Of a DNA stretch of 64,000 nucleotides, positions 11,141 to 22,115 are shown piece after piece. The DNA comes from Escherichia phage UPWr_E2: sequence record PP418986.1; one strand, 5' to 3'. The stretch's first letter is position 1, and each line of letters begins with the position of its first letter. Below the pieces are notes generated by a model, which ran no database searches, was not told where the DNA came from, and saw nothing but the letters and a program-made list of their open reading frames with translations. Position numbers and translations under genes: made by a program.

Positions 11141-12456
11141 CATTTGATGATTTGACCGAAGGCCAGAAAAATGCCTTTAACATCGTTATGAGGGCTATTA
11201 AAGAAAAGAAACATCATGTAACTATTAATGGACCTGCTGGTACTGGTAAGACTACTCTTACTAAGTTCATCATTGAAGCTTTAATATCTACGGGTGAAAC
11301 TGGTATTATTTTAGCAGCTCCTACTCATGCGGCTAAAAAGATTCTTTCAAAACTATCAGGGAAAGAAGCAAGTACTATTCATAGCATTCTTAAAATTAAC
11401 CCAGTAACATATGAAGAAAACGTTCTTTTTGAACAAAAAGAAGTACCGGATTTAGCTAAATGCAGAGTATTAATCTGCGACGAAGTGTCAATGTATGATA
11501 GAAAGCTATTTAAAATTCTGCTTTCAACTATCCCGCCGTGGTGTACTATAATTGGAATAGGTGATAATAAGCAGATTAGACCTGTTGACCCAGGAGAAAA
11601 CACTGCTTATATCAGTCCATTCTTTACACACAAAGATTTTTATCAGTGTGAACTCACTGAAGTTAAACGCAGTAATGCTCCTATTATTGATGTAGCTACT
11701 GACGTTCGCAACGGTAAGTGGATTTATGATAAAGTTGTTGACGGTCATGGAGTACGTGGATTTACTGGTGATACCGCTTTACGCGATTTTATGGTAAATT
11801 ATTTTTCAATCGTCAAATCACTAGATGATTTGTTTGAAAATCGCGTAATGGCATTTACGAATAAATCTGTTGACAAGTTAAATAGCATTATTCGTAAAAA
11901 GATTTTTGAAACTGATAAAGATTTTATTGTCGGTGAAATTATTGTAATGCAGGAACCATTAATTAAAACATATAAAATTGATGGAAAGCCTGTGTCAGAA
12001 ATTATTTTTAATAACGGACAATTAGTTCGTATTATAGAAGCAGAGTATACATCGACGTTTGTTAAAGCTCGTGGTGTTCCTGGAGAATATCTAATTCGTC
12101 ATTGGGATTTAACAGTAGAAACTTATGGCGATGATGAATATTATCGTGAAAAGATTAAAATAATTTCATCTGATGAAGAACTGTATAAGTTTAACCTATT
12201 TTTAGGTAAAACGGCAGAAACTTATAAAAATTGGAACAAAGGCGGAAAAGCTCCATGGAGTGATTTTTGGGATGCTAAATCACAGTTTAGTAAAGTGAAA
12301 GCACTTCCTGCATCAACATTCCATAAAGCTCAGGGTATGTCTGTAGACCGTGCTTTCATTTATACGCCTTGTATTCATTATGCAGATGCTGAACTAGCTC
12401 AGCAGCTTCTTTATGTTGGTGTAACACGTGGTCGTTATGATGTGTTTTATGTGTGA
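11137..12456 (+). CDS. dda: DNA helicase Dda (SF1)
   Basis: 439 aa; Walker A GPAGTGKTT; matches T4 Dda. Confidence 0.9.
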   Translation: MTFDDLTEGQKNAFNIVMRAIKEKKHHVTINGPAGTGKTTLTKFIIEALISTGETGIILAAPTHAAKKILSKLSGKEASTIHSILKINPVTYEENVLFEQKEVPDLAKCRVLICDEVSMYDRKLFKILLSTIPPWCTIIGIGDNKQIRPVDPGENTAYISPFFTHKDFYQCELTEVKRSNAPIIDVATDVRNGKWIYDKVVDGHGVRGFTGDTALRDFMVNYFSIVKSLDDLFENRVMAFTNKSVDKLNSIIRKKIFETDKDFIVGEIIVMQEPLIKTYKIDGKPVSEIIFNNGQLVRIIEAEYTSTFVKARGVPGEYLIRHWDLTVETYGDDEYYREKIKIISSDEELYKFNLFLGKTAETYKNWNKGGKAPWSDFWDAKSQFSKVKALPASTFHKAQGMSVDRAFIYTPCIHYADAELAQQLLYVGVTRGRYDVFYV

Positions 12457-12462
12457 GGCTAT

Positions 12463-12723
12463 ATGATTAACATCAATTCAAAATATTTAAATCGTCTAAT
12501 AGATGGTATAAGGAAGCATACTAATAAGCAAGATAATCTCGATGTTATGGTAACAGGAGCTGAGCTCCTTCATAAGCTTTATCTTATAAGTGATACTATA
12601 TTAGCAATTAAACGAATTGAAAAACAATCATATCACAGTAATACGGATACGGTAATTACATTAGATGAAAGTGTTTGTAAATTACTGATTAAATTTGAGG
12701 AAGCTATTCGTGGAAATAACTAA
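12463..12723 (+). CDS. hypothetical protein
   Basis: 86-aa ORF. Confidence 0.4.
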   Translation: MININSKYLNRLIDGIRKHTNKQDNLDVMVTGAELLHKLYLISDTILAIKRIEKQSYHSNTDTVITLDESVCKLLIKFEEAIRGNN

Positions 12724-12955
12724 AGATCAGTTTTATCTTCTTCAAGATAAAGTAAGCGAAATTTATGAAATTGCTTATAGCAAAAATCGTGAAACTGTAA
12801 AAATAGAATCTAGTAAGTTGAGGCTTCAATTAGAAGAAATTGAACGAGATTTAATTGCGTTAGAATTCTTTTGTGGTGAAGTGAAAACTGTTACAATCAA
12901 TGATTATATTTTAGGCGAAATTAGCTATCTTTATAAGGCGATTATTAATGATTGA
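12710..12955 (+). CDS. hypothetical protein
   Basis: ORF with probable GTG start 9 nt after GAGG; start uncertain. Confidence 0.35.
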   Translation: MEITKDQFYLLQDKVSEIYEIAYSKNRETVKIESSKLRLQLEEIERDLIALEFFCGEVKTVTINDYILGEISYLYKAIIND

Positions 12956-13190
12956 ATTGAGTTGGTACCAGTTTAAATCTCTTATGACAAATGTTAAAGC
13001 TGTCATTGAAGAAAATCAGGGTCCTGAAAATATTACTATTCGCGAAAAAGCTTTAAAGATAGTATACAGTCTTGAAGAAATACAAAAAGATATTGAATCT
13101 ATGGCAAAATTTATTGATGAACCTATTAATAAAGTTTATATTCAAGATTATACTGTAGGTCAAATTCGCGATTTAGCAAGGAAAATTTAA
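12948..13190 (+). CDS. hypothetical protein
   Basis: 80-aa ORF. Confidence 0.4.
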   Translation: MIELSWYQFKSLMTNVKAVIEENQGPENITIREKALKIVYSLEEIQKDIESMAKFIDEPINKVYIQDYTVGQIRDLARKI

Positions 13191-13873
13191 TGTTTGATTT
13201 TATTATAGATTTTGAAACAATGGGAAGCGGCGAAAAGGCAGCTGTTATTGATTTAGCTGTAATTGCTTTTGACCCTAATCCAGAAGTCGTTGAAACATTC
13301 GATGAATTAGTTTCACGTGGCATTAAAATCAAATTTGATTTAAAAAGCCAAAAAGGACATCGTCTTTTTACTAAAAGCACTATTGAATGGTGGAAGAACC
13401 AATCTCCTGAAGCTCGAAAAAATATTGCACCATCAGATGAAGATGTAAGCACTATCGATGGTATTGCAAAATTTAATGATTACATCAATGCGCATAACAT
13501 TGATCCTTGGAAATCTCAGGGCTGGTGCCGTGGAATGTCGTTTGATTTTCCAATTTTAGTCGATCTCATTCGTGATATTCAACGTCTTAATGGTGTTTCT
13601 GAGAATGAGCTTGACACATTTAAGTTAGAACCATGTAAATTCTGGAATCAGCGTGATATTCGTACCAGAATTGAAGCACTTCTGCTTGTTCGTGATATGA
13701 CCACGTGTCCTCTTCCAAAAGGAACTTTAGATGGATTCGTTGCGCATGATTCTATTCATGACTGTGCGAAAGATATTCTGATGATGAAGTATGCTTTGCG
13801 ATATGCTATGGGTCTTGAAGATGCTCCGTCAGAGGAAGATTGCGATCCTCTATCTCTTCCAACAAAACGATAA
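13190..13873 (+). CDS. dexA: exonuclease A (DexA)
   Basis: 227 aa beginning MFDFIIDFETMGSG (DEDD-type exonuclease motif); matches T4 DexA. Confidence 0.85.
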   Translation: MFDFIIDFETMGSGEKAAVIDLAVIAFDPNPEVVETFDELVSRGIKIKFDLKSQKGHRLFTKSTIEWWKNQSPEARKNIAPSDEDVSTIDGIAKFNDYINAHNIDPWKSQGWCRGMSFDFPILVDLIRDIQRLNGVSENELDTFKLEPCKFWNQRDIRTRIEALLLVRDMTTCPLPKGTLDGFVAHDSIHDCAKDILMMKYALRYAMGLEDAPSEEDCDPLSLPTKR

Positions 13874-13879
13874 AAAGTT

Positions 13880-13912
13880 GTTTACTTCCTCGGTTAGTTG
13901 TGGTATTATAAC
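13880..13912 (+). promoter_or_regulatory. T4-type early promoter
   Basis: GTTTAC at 13880, TGGTATTATAA -10 region. Confidence 0.6.
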
Positions 13913-13936
13913 ACCATAGCTACTGAGGATAATAAA

Positions 13937-14437
13937 ATGAAAATTTATCGTGTTGAATCATCGTTTAGTATTCTTGATTATGAAGATGCTATAACAATAC
14001 GTCGAAATCTTTGTGTTCAAATAACGCCGTACAGGAGTATAATAGATTCATGTAGCGAAGAGTGGCTATTACACGTAGGTTATGACAGACCTAATTTTAT
14101 GCATCATAGCGATAATAATAAAAGAATTCCTTTACCACACGAAGATAAACTATTAGTTAAAAACGCTAATATAGTAATTAATACTAAGTTCAAGAAAGAT
14201 TATGTTGGAGTAGAATATCATATTCCAGGATGGTTTATAGGTCTTTATCATTTTGCTTTCGCTAGTGAATATGATATGATGAGATGGTTCACACGAGAAG
14301 AGCGGGAAGAATTATCTTCTAAAGGATTTTATCTCGCTGTATACGAAGTTCCTGAAGATGAAGTTATCATTGGTGGGCACCAAGTAATGTTCCGCAAATC
14401 GCATGCTGAACTCGTAGATTTTATTGAAATGAGATAA
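13937..14437 (+). CDS. hypothetical protein
   Basis: ATG 13937 preceded by GAGGA. Confidence 0.45.
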   Translation: MKIYRVESSFSILDYEDAITIRRNLCVQITPYRSIIDSCSEEWLLHVGYDRPNFMHHSDNNKRIPLPHEDKLLVKNANIVINTKFKKDYVGVEYHIPGWFIGLYHFAFASEYDMMRWFTREEREELSSKGFYLAVYEVPEDEVIIGGHQVMFRKSHAELVDFIEMR

Positions 14438-14439
14438 TT

Positions 14440-14988
14440 ATGAAATTTAATTATAATCCTGAATACATACCAAATCCGGTAGCTAAACTGATTGATTTTG
14501 ATGTTGTAAGCACTTATGTATGCCCTGTTAAACCACTGGAAATTAAGGAACCTACTATGACTACCGCTATTGAAATCGGCAAAACCTACAAACTGGTTGA
14601 ACCTAAAATTAAAACTAATGCCTTGATTTCTGGTCATAAAACTCTGACTGATGTTTTTGGCGAAGGCGAATTTATTGTTGAAGAATTTGCCAAAAGTGAG
14701 TGGTTTGACAAATCTTACGTCATCCACGGTCGCCGGTTAGATAATAACAAAATAAAGAAAAACCTGGTTTATGAAGATGAGTTCATCCTGTTCCAAGAAG
14801 TTGAAGAACAAGACCCTACAGACCTGTTGTGTGCTGCTGTGTCTATCCGTCGTCCTTTTGATAATCCTATCTGTGGTTGGGTAACAGACCAGTGGATTGA
14901 AGATGGCGTTGAACTTCTGAACGTAGTTCATGCTGGAGAATACTCTGTAGTTCCTCGTAGCGCAGTGATTAATGTTCGTGTAAGCTAG
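14440..14988 (+). CDS. hypothetical protein, paralog of 15062-15553
   Basis: 182 aa; C-terminal WVTDQWIEDGVELLNVVHAGEYSVVPRS shared with next ORF. Confidence 0.5.
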   Translation: MKFNYNPEYIPNPVAKLIDFDVVSTYVCPVKPLEIKEPTMTTAIEIGKTYKLVEPKIKTNALISGHKTLTDVFGEGEFIVEEFAKSEWFDKSYVIHGRRLDNNKIKKNLVYEDEFILFQEVEEQDPTDLLCAAVSIRRPFDNPICGWVTDQWIEDGVELLNVVHAGEYSVVPRSAVINVRVS

Positions 14989-15017
14989 TTTACAAACTCT
15001 TGGGACCAGAGTATAAT
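14988..15017 (+). promoter_or_regulatory. T4-type early promoter
   Basis: GTTTAC at 14988, TATAAT at 15012. Confidence 0.65.
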
Positions 15018-15061
15018 GGTCCTGTGGAGTATAAAATCTTTTTAACAAGTGAGAGATAATT

Positions 15062-15553
15062 ATGAATATTAATATCGGTGAAATTGCTCGTGTATCTGAT
15101 AAATCCCGTTCTAAAGCAGCAGGAAAATTGGTCGAAGTTGTAAGCATTCAGCTTAAACACGGTGTTAAAGATGAAGATTCTGAAGTAAAAGTACGTATCA
15201 TTGCTAAAGATGGAATGTCTAAGCCCCAGTTTGGTTATGTTCGATGGAAATTTCTTGAGCCTGCGTTTTTGAAAGCTGTTCCTGCTAAAGGAATTGAAAC
15301 GATTGATACTTCGCATGTAGGTGTAGACTTTAAGTGGAAACTTGGTCAAGCTATCAAGTTCATTGCTCCTTATGAGTTTGAATTTACCGAAGGTGGACAA
15401 CCACTTCCTCAGCGTACTCGCGCTATGTGTGCATACATTACTGATCAATGGGTAGAAGATGGCGTTAAGTTATACAACGCGGTATTTTTAGGAACATACA
15501 AAGTCATTCCTGAAAGTTGGATTAAACACTACAGCAAAGCTCGCTATGCATAA
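15062..15553 (+). CDS. hypothetical protein (MotB-like size and position), paralog of 14440-14988
   Basis: 163 aa; C-terminal YITDQWVEDGVKLYNAVFLGTYKVIPES. Confidence 0.45.
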   Translation: MNINIGEIARVSDKSRSKAAGKLVEVVSIQLKHGVKDEDSEVKVRIIAKDGMSKPQFGYVRWKFLEPAFLKAVPAKGIETIDTSHVGVDFKWKLGQAIKFIAPYEFEFTEGGQPLPQRTRAMCAYITDQWVEDGVKLYNAVFLGTYKVIPESWIKHYSKARYA

Positions 15554-15724
15554 AGTTTAAAATTTTTTCATAAAACTATATACATCAGTAGTTGATTATG
15601 GTACTATATCAATATCAACTACTGATACAGAAAACAACTTGAAGAATAAAATGGATAATTCGTTAAAGGTGCGCTGATACTCTTCTGAAACGCATCGCTC
15701 CAATGTTCAATTAATGAGGAAATT

Positions 15725-15943
15725 ATGATGAAACGTAAAATTGTTCAGAATTGCACTAATGATGAATTTGAAGATGTATTATTCGATCCAGATTTGGTAG
15801 TAGTTCAAAAGGAACACACTATCAAGTTTACTCACTTGACTTCGGTTTATGTATATGAGAAAGTCGGTGATAAACAACCAATTTATGGTGTATTTCGTGA
15901 AATTACTGAAGATGGCACAACTTACTGGAAGGAAATTTATTAA
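15725..15943 (+). CDS. hypothetical protein
   Basis: 72-aa ORF with GAGGAAA SD. Confidence 0.4.
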   Translation: MMKRKIVQNCTNDEFEDVLFDPDLVVVQKEHTIKFTHLTSVYVYEKVGDKQPIYGVFREITEDGTTYWKEIY

Positions 15944-16362
15944 TGGCTATTAAATTCGAAGTTAATAAATGGTATCAATTTAAAAATAAACAAGCTCAAG
16001 AAAATTTTATTAAAGACCATAATGATAACGGAATCTATGCGCGGCGTTTAGGTATGGAACCTTTTAAAGTTATAGATATTGACCATCTTGGTCGTCCTAC
16101 TAAAATTGTGACATCTACTGGAAGATTGGCGTTATCCTCCGGTAAAGATATTTTGGATGAAGATTTTATTTGGCTTTCATCGAATGAAGCTGAATTCTTT
16201 AATGAAGTTGAAAATCCATACCAGGCATCTGAAGAACAAGAGCAGGAAGAGCAAGAACAAATAGAAGATTTCACAGAATTCCCGATCATGAAAGTTACTA
16301 TTGAAAATAATGAACAAGCATGGTCCTTGTATCAGATGTTGAAAGCACACTTTAAGGAATAA
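15943..16362 (+). CDS. hypothetical acidic protein
   Basis: 139 aa with [10 protein letters not shown] acidic tract. Confidence 0.4.
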   Translation: MAIKFEVNKWYQFKNKQAQENFIKDHNDNGIYARRLGMEPFKVIDIDHLGRPTKIVTSTGRLALSSGKDILDEDFIWLSSNEAEFFNEVENPYQASEEQEQEEQEQIEDFTEFPIMKVTIENNEQAWSLYQMLKAHFKE

Positions 16363-16364
16363 TT

Positions 16365-16541
16365 ATGCCAATGTATGATTATAAATGCCAATCCGAAGAT
16401 TGCGGGCATGAATATGAAAAAATCAAGAAAATTTCTGAAAGGGATACTGATGTATGTCCTGATTGTCATCGGATTGCTATTCGGTTAGTTTCCGCTCCTA
16501 AGCATGTGAATGGCGGATTTTACGACTTGCTTAAAGGGTAA
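16365..16541 (+). CDS. small zinc-ribbon protein (CxxC...CxxC)
   Basis: 58-aa ORF, not in track; MPMYDYKCQSEDCGHEY...CPDCH. Confidence 0.45.
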   Translation: MPMYDYKCQSEDCGHEYEKIKKISERDTDVCPDCHRIAIRLVSAPKHVNGGFYDLLKG

Positions 16542-16543
16542 TT

Positions 16544-16804
16544 ATGAAATATATTAATCGTTCTATTGCAGCATTAGTATTAGTAGTGTCTTTAGTAGGA
16601 TGTACTGATGCTGATAATGCAACCAAAGTTTTGTCTTCAAGCGGTTTTACTAATATTGAAATCACTGGATATAACTGGTTCGGTTGCTCTGAAAATGATT
16701 TCCAACATACTGGATTTCGTGCTATTGGACCTACTGGGCAGAAAGTAGAAGGAACAGTATGTTCTGGACTGTTCTTTAAGGATTCAACTATTCGTTTTAA
16801 ATAA
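16544..16804 (+). CDS. putative lipoprotein
   Basis: 86 aa; signal peptide with lipobox-like LVGC. Confidence 0.45.
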   Translation: MKYINRSIAALVLVVSLVGCTDADNATKVLSSSGFTNIEITGYNWFGCSENDFQHTGFRAIGPTGQKVEGTVCSGLFFKDSTIRFK

Positions 16805-16825
16805 AAGGCCTTCGGGCCTTTAGCT
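16803..16825 (+). terminator. rho-independent terminator
   Basis: AAGGCC TTCG GGCCTT hairpin followed by T-rich run. Confidence 0.65.
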
Positions 16826-16873
16826 TTATGATTACCGGAGTATAATATTCCCGAAACCAAACGAGGATAAGTG

Positions 16874-18691
16874 ATGATTAAGAATGAAATTAAAATTCTG
16901 AGCGATATTGAACATATCAAAAAGCGTAGCGGCATGTATATTGGCTCTTCTGCTAATGAAATGCATGAGCGCTTTCTGTTTGGTAAATGGGAAAGTGTTC
17001 AGTATGTACCTGGTCTTGTTAAGCTTATTGATGAAATTATCGATAACTCAGTAGATGAAGGTATTCGTACTAAGTTTAAATTCGCAAATAAAATTAATGT
17101 TACTATTAAAAACAATCAAGTAACAGTTGAAGATAACGGTCGTGGTATTCCGCAGGCGATGGTTAAAACACCTACCGGTGAAGAAATTCCTGGTCCTGTT
17201 GCTGCATGGACTATTCCAAAAGCAGGTGGTAACTTCGGTGATGATAAAGAACGCGTCACTGGTGGTATGAATGGTGTTGGTTCTAGTTTGACAAACATTT
17301 TTTCTGTGATGTTTGTCGGTGAAACTGGTGATGGTCAAAATAATATTGTAGTTCGTTGTTCAAATGGCATGGAAAATAAATCGTGGGAAACTATTCCTGG
17401 AAAATGGAAAGGAACTCGTGTTACTTTCATTCCTGATTTTATGTCATTTGAAACTAATGAGCTGTCCCAAGTTTATCTTGACATTACACTAGATCGTCTC
17501 CAGACACTTGCAGTAGTTTATCCTGATATTCAATTTACCTTTAATGGTAAAAAGGTTCAGGGCAATTTTAAGAAATATGCACGCCAATATGATGAGCATG
17601 CTATTGTTCAAGAACAAGAAAATTGTTCTATTGCGGTTGGTCGTTCACCGGATGGTTTTCGTCAATTAACATACGTCAATAACATTCACACTAAGAATGG
17701 TGGCCATCACATTGACTGTGTTATGGATGATATTTGTGAAGACCTTATTCCACAAATCAAACGTAAGTTCAAAATTGATGTAACTAAAGCGCGTGTTAAA
17801 GAATGTTTGACTATCGTTATGTTTGTTCGTGATATGAAAAACATGCGATTTGATTCTCAAACTAAAGAGCGTTTGACTTCTCCATTTGGCGAAATTCGTA
17901 GTCATATTCAACTTGATGCTAAAAAGATTTCACGCGCTATTCTAAATAATGAAGCAATTCTAATGCCGATTATTGAAGCTGCTTTGGCTCGTAAATTGGC
18001 GGCAGAAAAAGCAGCAGAAACTAAAGCAGCTAAAAAGGCTTCTAAAGCTAAGGTTCATAAACATATCAAAGCGAATCTTTGTGGTAAAGATGCTGACACT
18101 ACTCTTTTCTTGACTGAGGGTGATTCGGCTATCGGATATCTTATTGATGTTCGTGATAAAGAACTTCACGGTGGTTATCCATTGCGCGGTAAAGTTCTCA
18201 ACAGTTGGGGTATGTCTTATGCAGATATGCTTAAAAACAAAGAACTATTTGATATTTGCGCAATCACTGGATTAGTTCTCGGTGAAAAAGCTGAAAACTT
18301 GAATTATCATAATATTGCTATTATGACTGATGCTGACCATGATGGTCTAGGAAGCATTTATCCTTCTCTGCTCGGGTTTTTTAGTAATTGGCCAGAACTG
18401 TTTGAGCAAGGAAGAATTCGTTTTGTCAAAACTCCTGTAATCATCGCTCAGGTCGGTAAAAAACAAGAATGGTTTTATACAGTCGCTGAATATGAGAGTG
18501 CTAAAGATGCTCTACCTAAACATAGCATCCGTTATATTAAAGGACTTGGCTCTTTGGAAAAATCTGAATATCGTGAGATGATTCAAAATCCAGTATATGA
18601 TGTTGTTAAACTTCCTGAGAACTGGAAAGAGCTTTTTGAAATGCTCATGGGAGATAATGCTGACCTTCGTAAAGAATGGATGAGCCAGTAG
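16874..18691 (+). CDS. 39: DNA topoisomerase II large (ATPase) subunit gp39, uninterrupted
   Basis: 605 aa from ATG 16874 (GAGGA SD); GHKL ATPase motifs; no gene-60 split. Confidence 0.9.
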   Translation: MIKNEIKILSDIEHIKKRSGMYIGSSANEMHERFLFGKWESVQYVPGLVKLIDEIIDNSVDEGIRTKFKFANKINVTIKNNQVTVEDNGRGIPQAMVKTPTGEEIPGPVAAWTIPKAGGNFGDDKERVTGGMNGVGSSLTNIFSVMFVGETGDGQNNIVVRCSNGMENKSWETIPGKWKGTRVTFIPDFMSFETNELSQVYLDITLDRLQTLAVVYPDIQFTFNGKKVQGNFKKYARQYDEHAIVQEQENCSIAVGRSPDGFRQLTYVNNIHTKNGGHHIDCVMDDICEDLIPQIKRKFKIDVTKARVKECLTIVMFVRDMKNMRFDSQTKERLTSPFGEIRSHIQLDAKKISRAILNNEAILMPIIEAALARKLAAEKAAETKAAKKASKAKVHKHIKANLCGKDADTTLFLTEGDSAIGYLIDVRDKELHGGYPLRGKVLNSWGMSYADMLKNKELFDICAITGLVLGEKAENLNYHNIAIMTDADHDGLGSIYPSLLGFFSNWPELFEQGRIRFVKTPVIIAQVGKKQEWFYTVAEYESAKDALPKHSIRYIKGLGSLEKSEYREMIQNPVYDVVKLPENWKELFEMLMGDNADLRKEWMSQ

Positions 18692-18720
18692 TTTACTTTA
18701 CCACAAGGATGTGGTATAAT
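18691..18720 (+). promoter_or_regulatory. T4-type early promoter
   Basis: GTTTAC at 18691, GTGGTATAAT at 18711-18720. Confidence 0.7.
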
Positions 18721-18745
18721 TAATTGGGCAAATGAGGATATTGAA

Positions 18746-18949
18746 ATGAAATCATATAAAGTAAATTTAGAACTTTTTGATAAAGCAGTTCATCGAGAAT
18801 ATAGAATCATTCAACGCTTTTTCGATATGGGAGAAGCCGAAGAATTTAAAAACCGCTTTAAAGATATTAGAGATAAAATTCAATCCGACACCGCAACTAA
18901 AGATGAACTACTAGAAGTTGCCGAAGTTATTAAACGTAATATGAATTAA
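18746..18949 (+). CDS. hypothetical protein
   Basis: 67-aa ORF with GAGGA SD. Confidence 0.4.
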   Translation: MKSYKVNLELFDKAVHREYRIIQRFFDMGEAEEFKNRFKDIRDKIQSDTATKDELLEVAEVIKRNMN

Positions 18950-18959
18950 TGAGGAAATT

Positions 18960-21137
18960 ATGATTATCACCACTGAAAAAGAAACAATTCTTGGCAATGG
19001 TTCTAAATCAAAAGCATTTAGCATCGCAGCAAATCCTAAAGTATTTAAAATTCTATCATCTGATTTGTATACAAACAAGATTCGCGCAGTGGTCCGTGAA
19101 TTAATTACTAACATGATTGATGCCCATGCTCTCAATGGAAATCCTGAAAAATTTATCATTCAAGTTCCAGGACGATTAGACCCGCGATTTGTTTGTCGAG
19201 ATTTTGGTCCGGGTATGAGTGATTTTGATATTCAGGGTGATGATAATTCTCCTGGGTTGTATAATTCATACTTCAGTTCATCTAAAGCTGAATCTAATGA
19301 CTTTATTGGCGGATTTGGTTTAGGTTCTAAATCTCCGTTTAGTTATACTGATACGTTTAGTATTACTTCGTATCATAAAGGTGAAATTCGTGGTTATGTA
19401 GCTTACATGGATGGTGATGGCCCACAGATTAAACCTACATTCGTAAAAGAAATGGGTCCAGATGATAAAACTGGTATTGAAATCGTAGTTCCAGTTGAAG
19501 AAAAAGACTTTAGAAACTTTGCTTATGAAGTTTCTTATATCATGCGACCGTTCAAAGATTTGGCTATCATTAATGGTCTTGACCGCGAAATTGATTATTT
19601 TCCGGATTTTGATGATTATTATGGCGTAAATCCAGAAAGATACTGGCCAGATCGTGGTGGATTATATGCTATCTATGGCGGTATTGTTTATCCTATCGAT
19701 GGTGTTATTAGAGACCGTAACTGGCTAAGCATTCGCAATGAAGTGAATTACATTAAGTTTCCAATGGGTTCACTTGATATTGCTCCATCTCGCGAGGCTC
19801 TTTCACTGGATGATCGTACTCGTAAAAATATTATTGAACGAGTTAAAGAACTCAGTGAGAAAGCATTTAATGAAGATGTAAAACGATTTAAAGAATCCAC
19901 ATCTCCCCGTCATACATATCGTGAATTGATGAAGATGGGGTATTCTGCTCGAGATTATATGATTAGTAATTCAGTCAAATTTACGACTAAAAATCTGTCA
20001 TATAAGAAGATGCAAAGCATGTTTGAACCTGATAGTAAGTTATGCAATGCAGGAGTTGTGTATGAAGTAAATCTTGACCCTCGACTGAAACGCATTAAGC
20101 AAAGCCATGAAACTTCAGCCGTTGCATCAAGTTATCGTCTGTTTGGTATTAATACAACAAAAATTAATATCGTTATTGATAATATTAAAAATCGTGTTAA
20201 TATTGTCCGTGGATTAGCACGTGCATTAGATGATAGTGAATTTAATAACACTTTAAATATTCATCACAATGAGCGTCTTCTGTTTATTAATCCGGAAGTA
20301 GAATCACAGATTGATTTACTCCCTGATATTATGGCAATGTTTGAAAATGATGAAGTTAACATTCATTATTTGTCAGAAATCGAAGCTTTAGTTAAAAGCT
20401 ATATTCCAAAGGTAGTTAAAAGTAAAGCTCCTCGTCCTAAAGCTGCTACAGCATTTAAGTTTGAAATTAAAGACGGGCGCTGGGAAAAAGAGGAATTATT
20501 TACGCTCACATCAGAAGCAGATGAAATTACTGGTTATGTAGCGTATATGCATCGTTCTGATATTTTCTCTATGGATGGTACTACATCTCTTTGTCATCCA
20601 TCTATGAATATTTTGATTCGTATGGCTAATCTTATTGGCATTAATGAATTTTATGTTATTCGTCCGCTTTTACAGAAAAAGGTAAAAGAACTCGGTCAGT
20701 GCCAATGTATTTTTGAAACTTTGCGTGATTTATATGTAGATGCTTTTGATGATGTAGATTATGATAAGTACGTAGGTTATTCAAGTTCAGCTCAACGATA
20801 TATTGATAAAATTATCAAGTATCCTGAGTTAGATTTTATGATGAAGTACTTCAGTACAGATGAAGTTTCTGAAGAATATACACGACTCGCTAATATAGTT
20901 AGTTCATTGCGCGGTGTATATTTTAATGGTGGAAAAGATACCATTGGTCATGACATCTGGACAGTAACTAATCTTTTTGATGTATTATCAAATAATGCTT
21001 CAAAAAACAGTGATAAAATGGTTGCTGAGTTTACCAAGAAATTCCGAATTGTTTCCGACTTCATCGGATATCGCAACTCTTTAAGTGATGATGAAGTTTC
21101 TCAAATCGCTAAAACTATGAAGGCCCTTGCGGCCTAA
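18960..21137 (+). CDS. rIIA: rIIA protein
   Basis: 725 aa; matches T4 rIIA in size and position. Confidence 0.95.
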   Translation: MIITTEKETILGNGSKSKAFSIAANPKVFKILSSDLYTNKIRAVVRELITNMIDAHALNGNPEKFIIQVPGRLDPRFVCRDFGPGMSDFDIQGDDNSPGLYNSYFSSSKAESNDFIGGFGLGSKSPFSYTDTFSITSYHKGEIRGYVAYMDGDGPQIKPTFVKEMGPDDKTGIEIVVPVEEKDFRNFAYEVSYIMRPFKDLAIINGLDREIDYFPDFDDYYGVNPERYWPDRGGLYAIYGGIVYPIDGVIRDRNWLSIRNEVNYIKFPMGSLDIAPSREALSLDDRTRKNIIERVKELSEKAFNEDVKRFKESTSPRHTYRELMKMGYSARDYMISNSVKFTTKNLSYKKMQSMFEPDSKLCNAGVVYEVNLDPRLKRIKQSHETSAVASSYRLFGINTTKINIVIDNIKNRVNIVRGLARALDDSEFNNTLNIHHNERLLFINPEVESQIDLLPDIMAMFENDEVNIHYLSEIEALVKSYIPKVVKSKAPRPKAATAFKFEIKDGRWEKEELFTLTSEADEITGYVAYMHRSDIFSMDGTTSLCHPSMNILIRMANLIGINEFYVIRPLLQKKVKELGQCQCIFETLRDLYVDAFDDVDYDKYVGYSSSAQRYIDKIIKYPELDFMMKYFSTDEVSEEYTRLANIVSSLRGVYFNGGKDTIGHDIWTVTNLFDVLSNNASKNSDKMVAEFTKKFRIVSDFIGYRNSLSDDEVSQIAKTMKALAA

Positions 21138-21148
21138 TAAGGAAAATT

Positions 21149-22087
21149 ATGTACAATATTAAATGCCTGACCAAAAACGAACAAGCTGAAATTGTTAAAC
21201 TATATTCAAGTGGTAATTACACCCAACAGGAATTGGCTGATTGGCAAGGTGTATCGGTTGACACAATCCGTCGTGTTTTGAAAAATGCTGAAGAAGCTAA
21301 ACGCTCTAAAGTTACTATTAGCGGTGATATTACAGTTAAAGTTAATAGCGATGCAGTTATTGCTCCAGTTGCTAAATCTGACATTATTTGGAATGCATCT
21401 AAAAAATTCATTTCAATTACTGTTGACGGTGTAACTTATAACGCAACTCCTAATACTCATTCAAACTTCCAGGAAATTCTTAATCTGCTTGTAGCGGATA
21501 AGTTGGAAGAAGCGGCACAAAAAATTAATGTTCGTCGCGCTGTTGAAAAATATATTTCCGGCGATGTTCGAATTGAAGGTGGAAGCTTGTTCTATCAAAA
21601 TATTGAATTGCGGTCTGGTTTGGTTGATCGTATTCTTGATTCGATGGAAAAAGGCGAAAACTTTGAATTTTATTTTCCGTTCTTGGAAAATCTGCTGGAA
21701 AACCCAAGCCAAAAAGCGGTATCTCGACTCTTTGATTTCTTGGTAGCAAACGATATTGAAATTACAGAAGATGGTTACTTCTATGCTTGGAAAGTAGTTC
21801 GTAGCAATTACTTTGACTGTCACTCAAATACCTTTGATAACAGTCCTGGTAAAGTAGTTAAAATGCCACGTACTCGTGTGAATGACGATGATACACAAAC
21901 TTGTTCTCGCGGTCTGCATGTGTGTTCTAAATCTTATATTCGTCACTTTGGCAGTTCAACTAGCCGAGTTGTAAAAGTTAAAGTACATCCGCGTGATGTA
22001 GTATCAATTCCGATTGATTACAACGATGCTAAAATGCGTACCTGCCAATACGAAGTAGTTGAAGACGTTACTGAACAATTTAAATAA
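21149..22087 (+). CDS. rIIB: rIIB protein
   Basis: 312 aa; immediately downstream of rIIA. Confidence 0.95.
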   Translation: MYNIKCLTKNEQAEIVKLYSSGNYTQQELADWQGVSVDTIRRVLKNAEEAKRSKVTISGDITVKVNSDAVIAPVAKSDIIWNASKKFISITVDGVTYNATPNTHSNFQEILNLLVADKLEEAAQKINVRRAVEKYISGDVRIEGGSLFYQNIELRSGLVDRILDSMEKGENFEFYFPFLENLLENPSQKAVSRLFDFLVANDIEITEDGYFYAWKVVRSNYFDCHSNTFDNSPGKVVKMPRTRVNDDDTQTCSRGLHVCSKSYIRHFGSSTSRVVKVKVHPRDVVSIPIDYNDAKMRTCQYEVVEDVTEQFK

Positions 22088-22115
22088 GGGCTTCGGTCCT
22101 TAACTGAGGAAAATT

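Noticed and set aside
16874-18746. Search for a gene 60 translational bypass (hop) element or mobA insertion in the topoisomerase gene
   Set aside because: Gene 39 is a single uninterrupted ORF; no take-off/landing GGA pair with an intervening hairpin is present.
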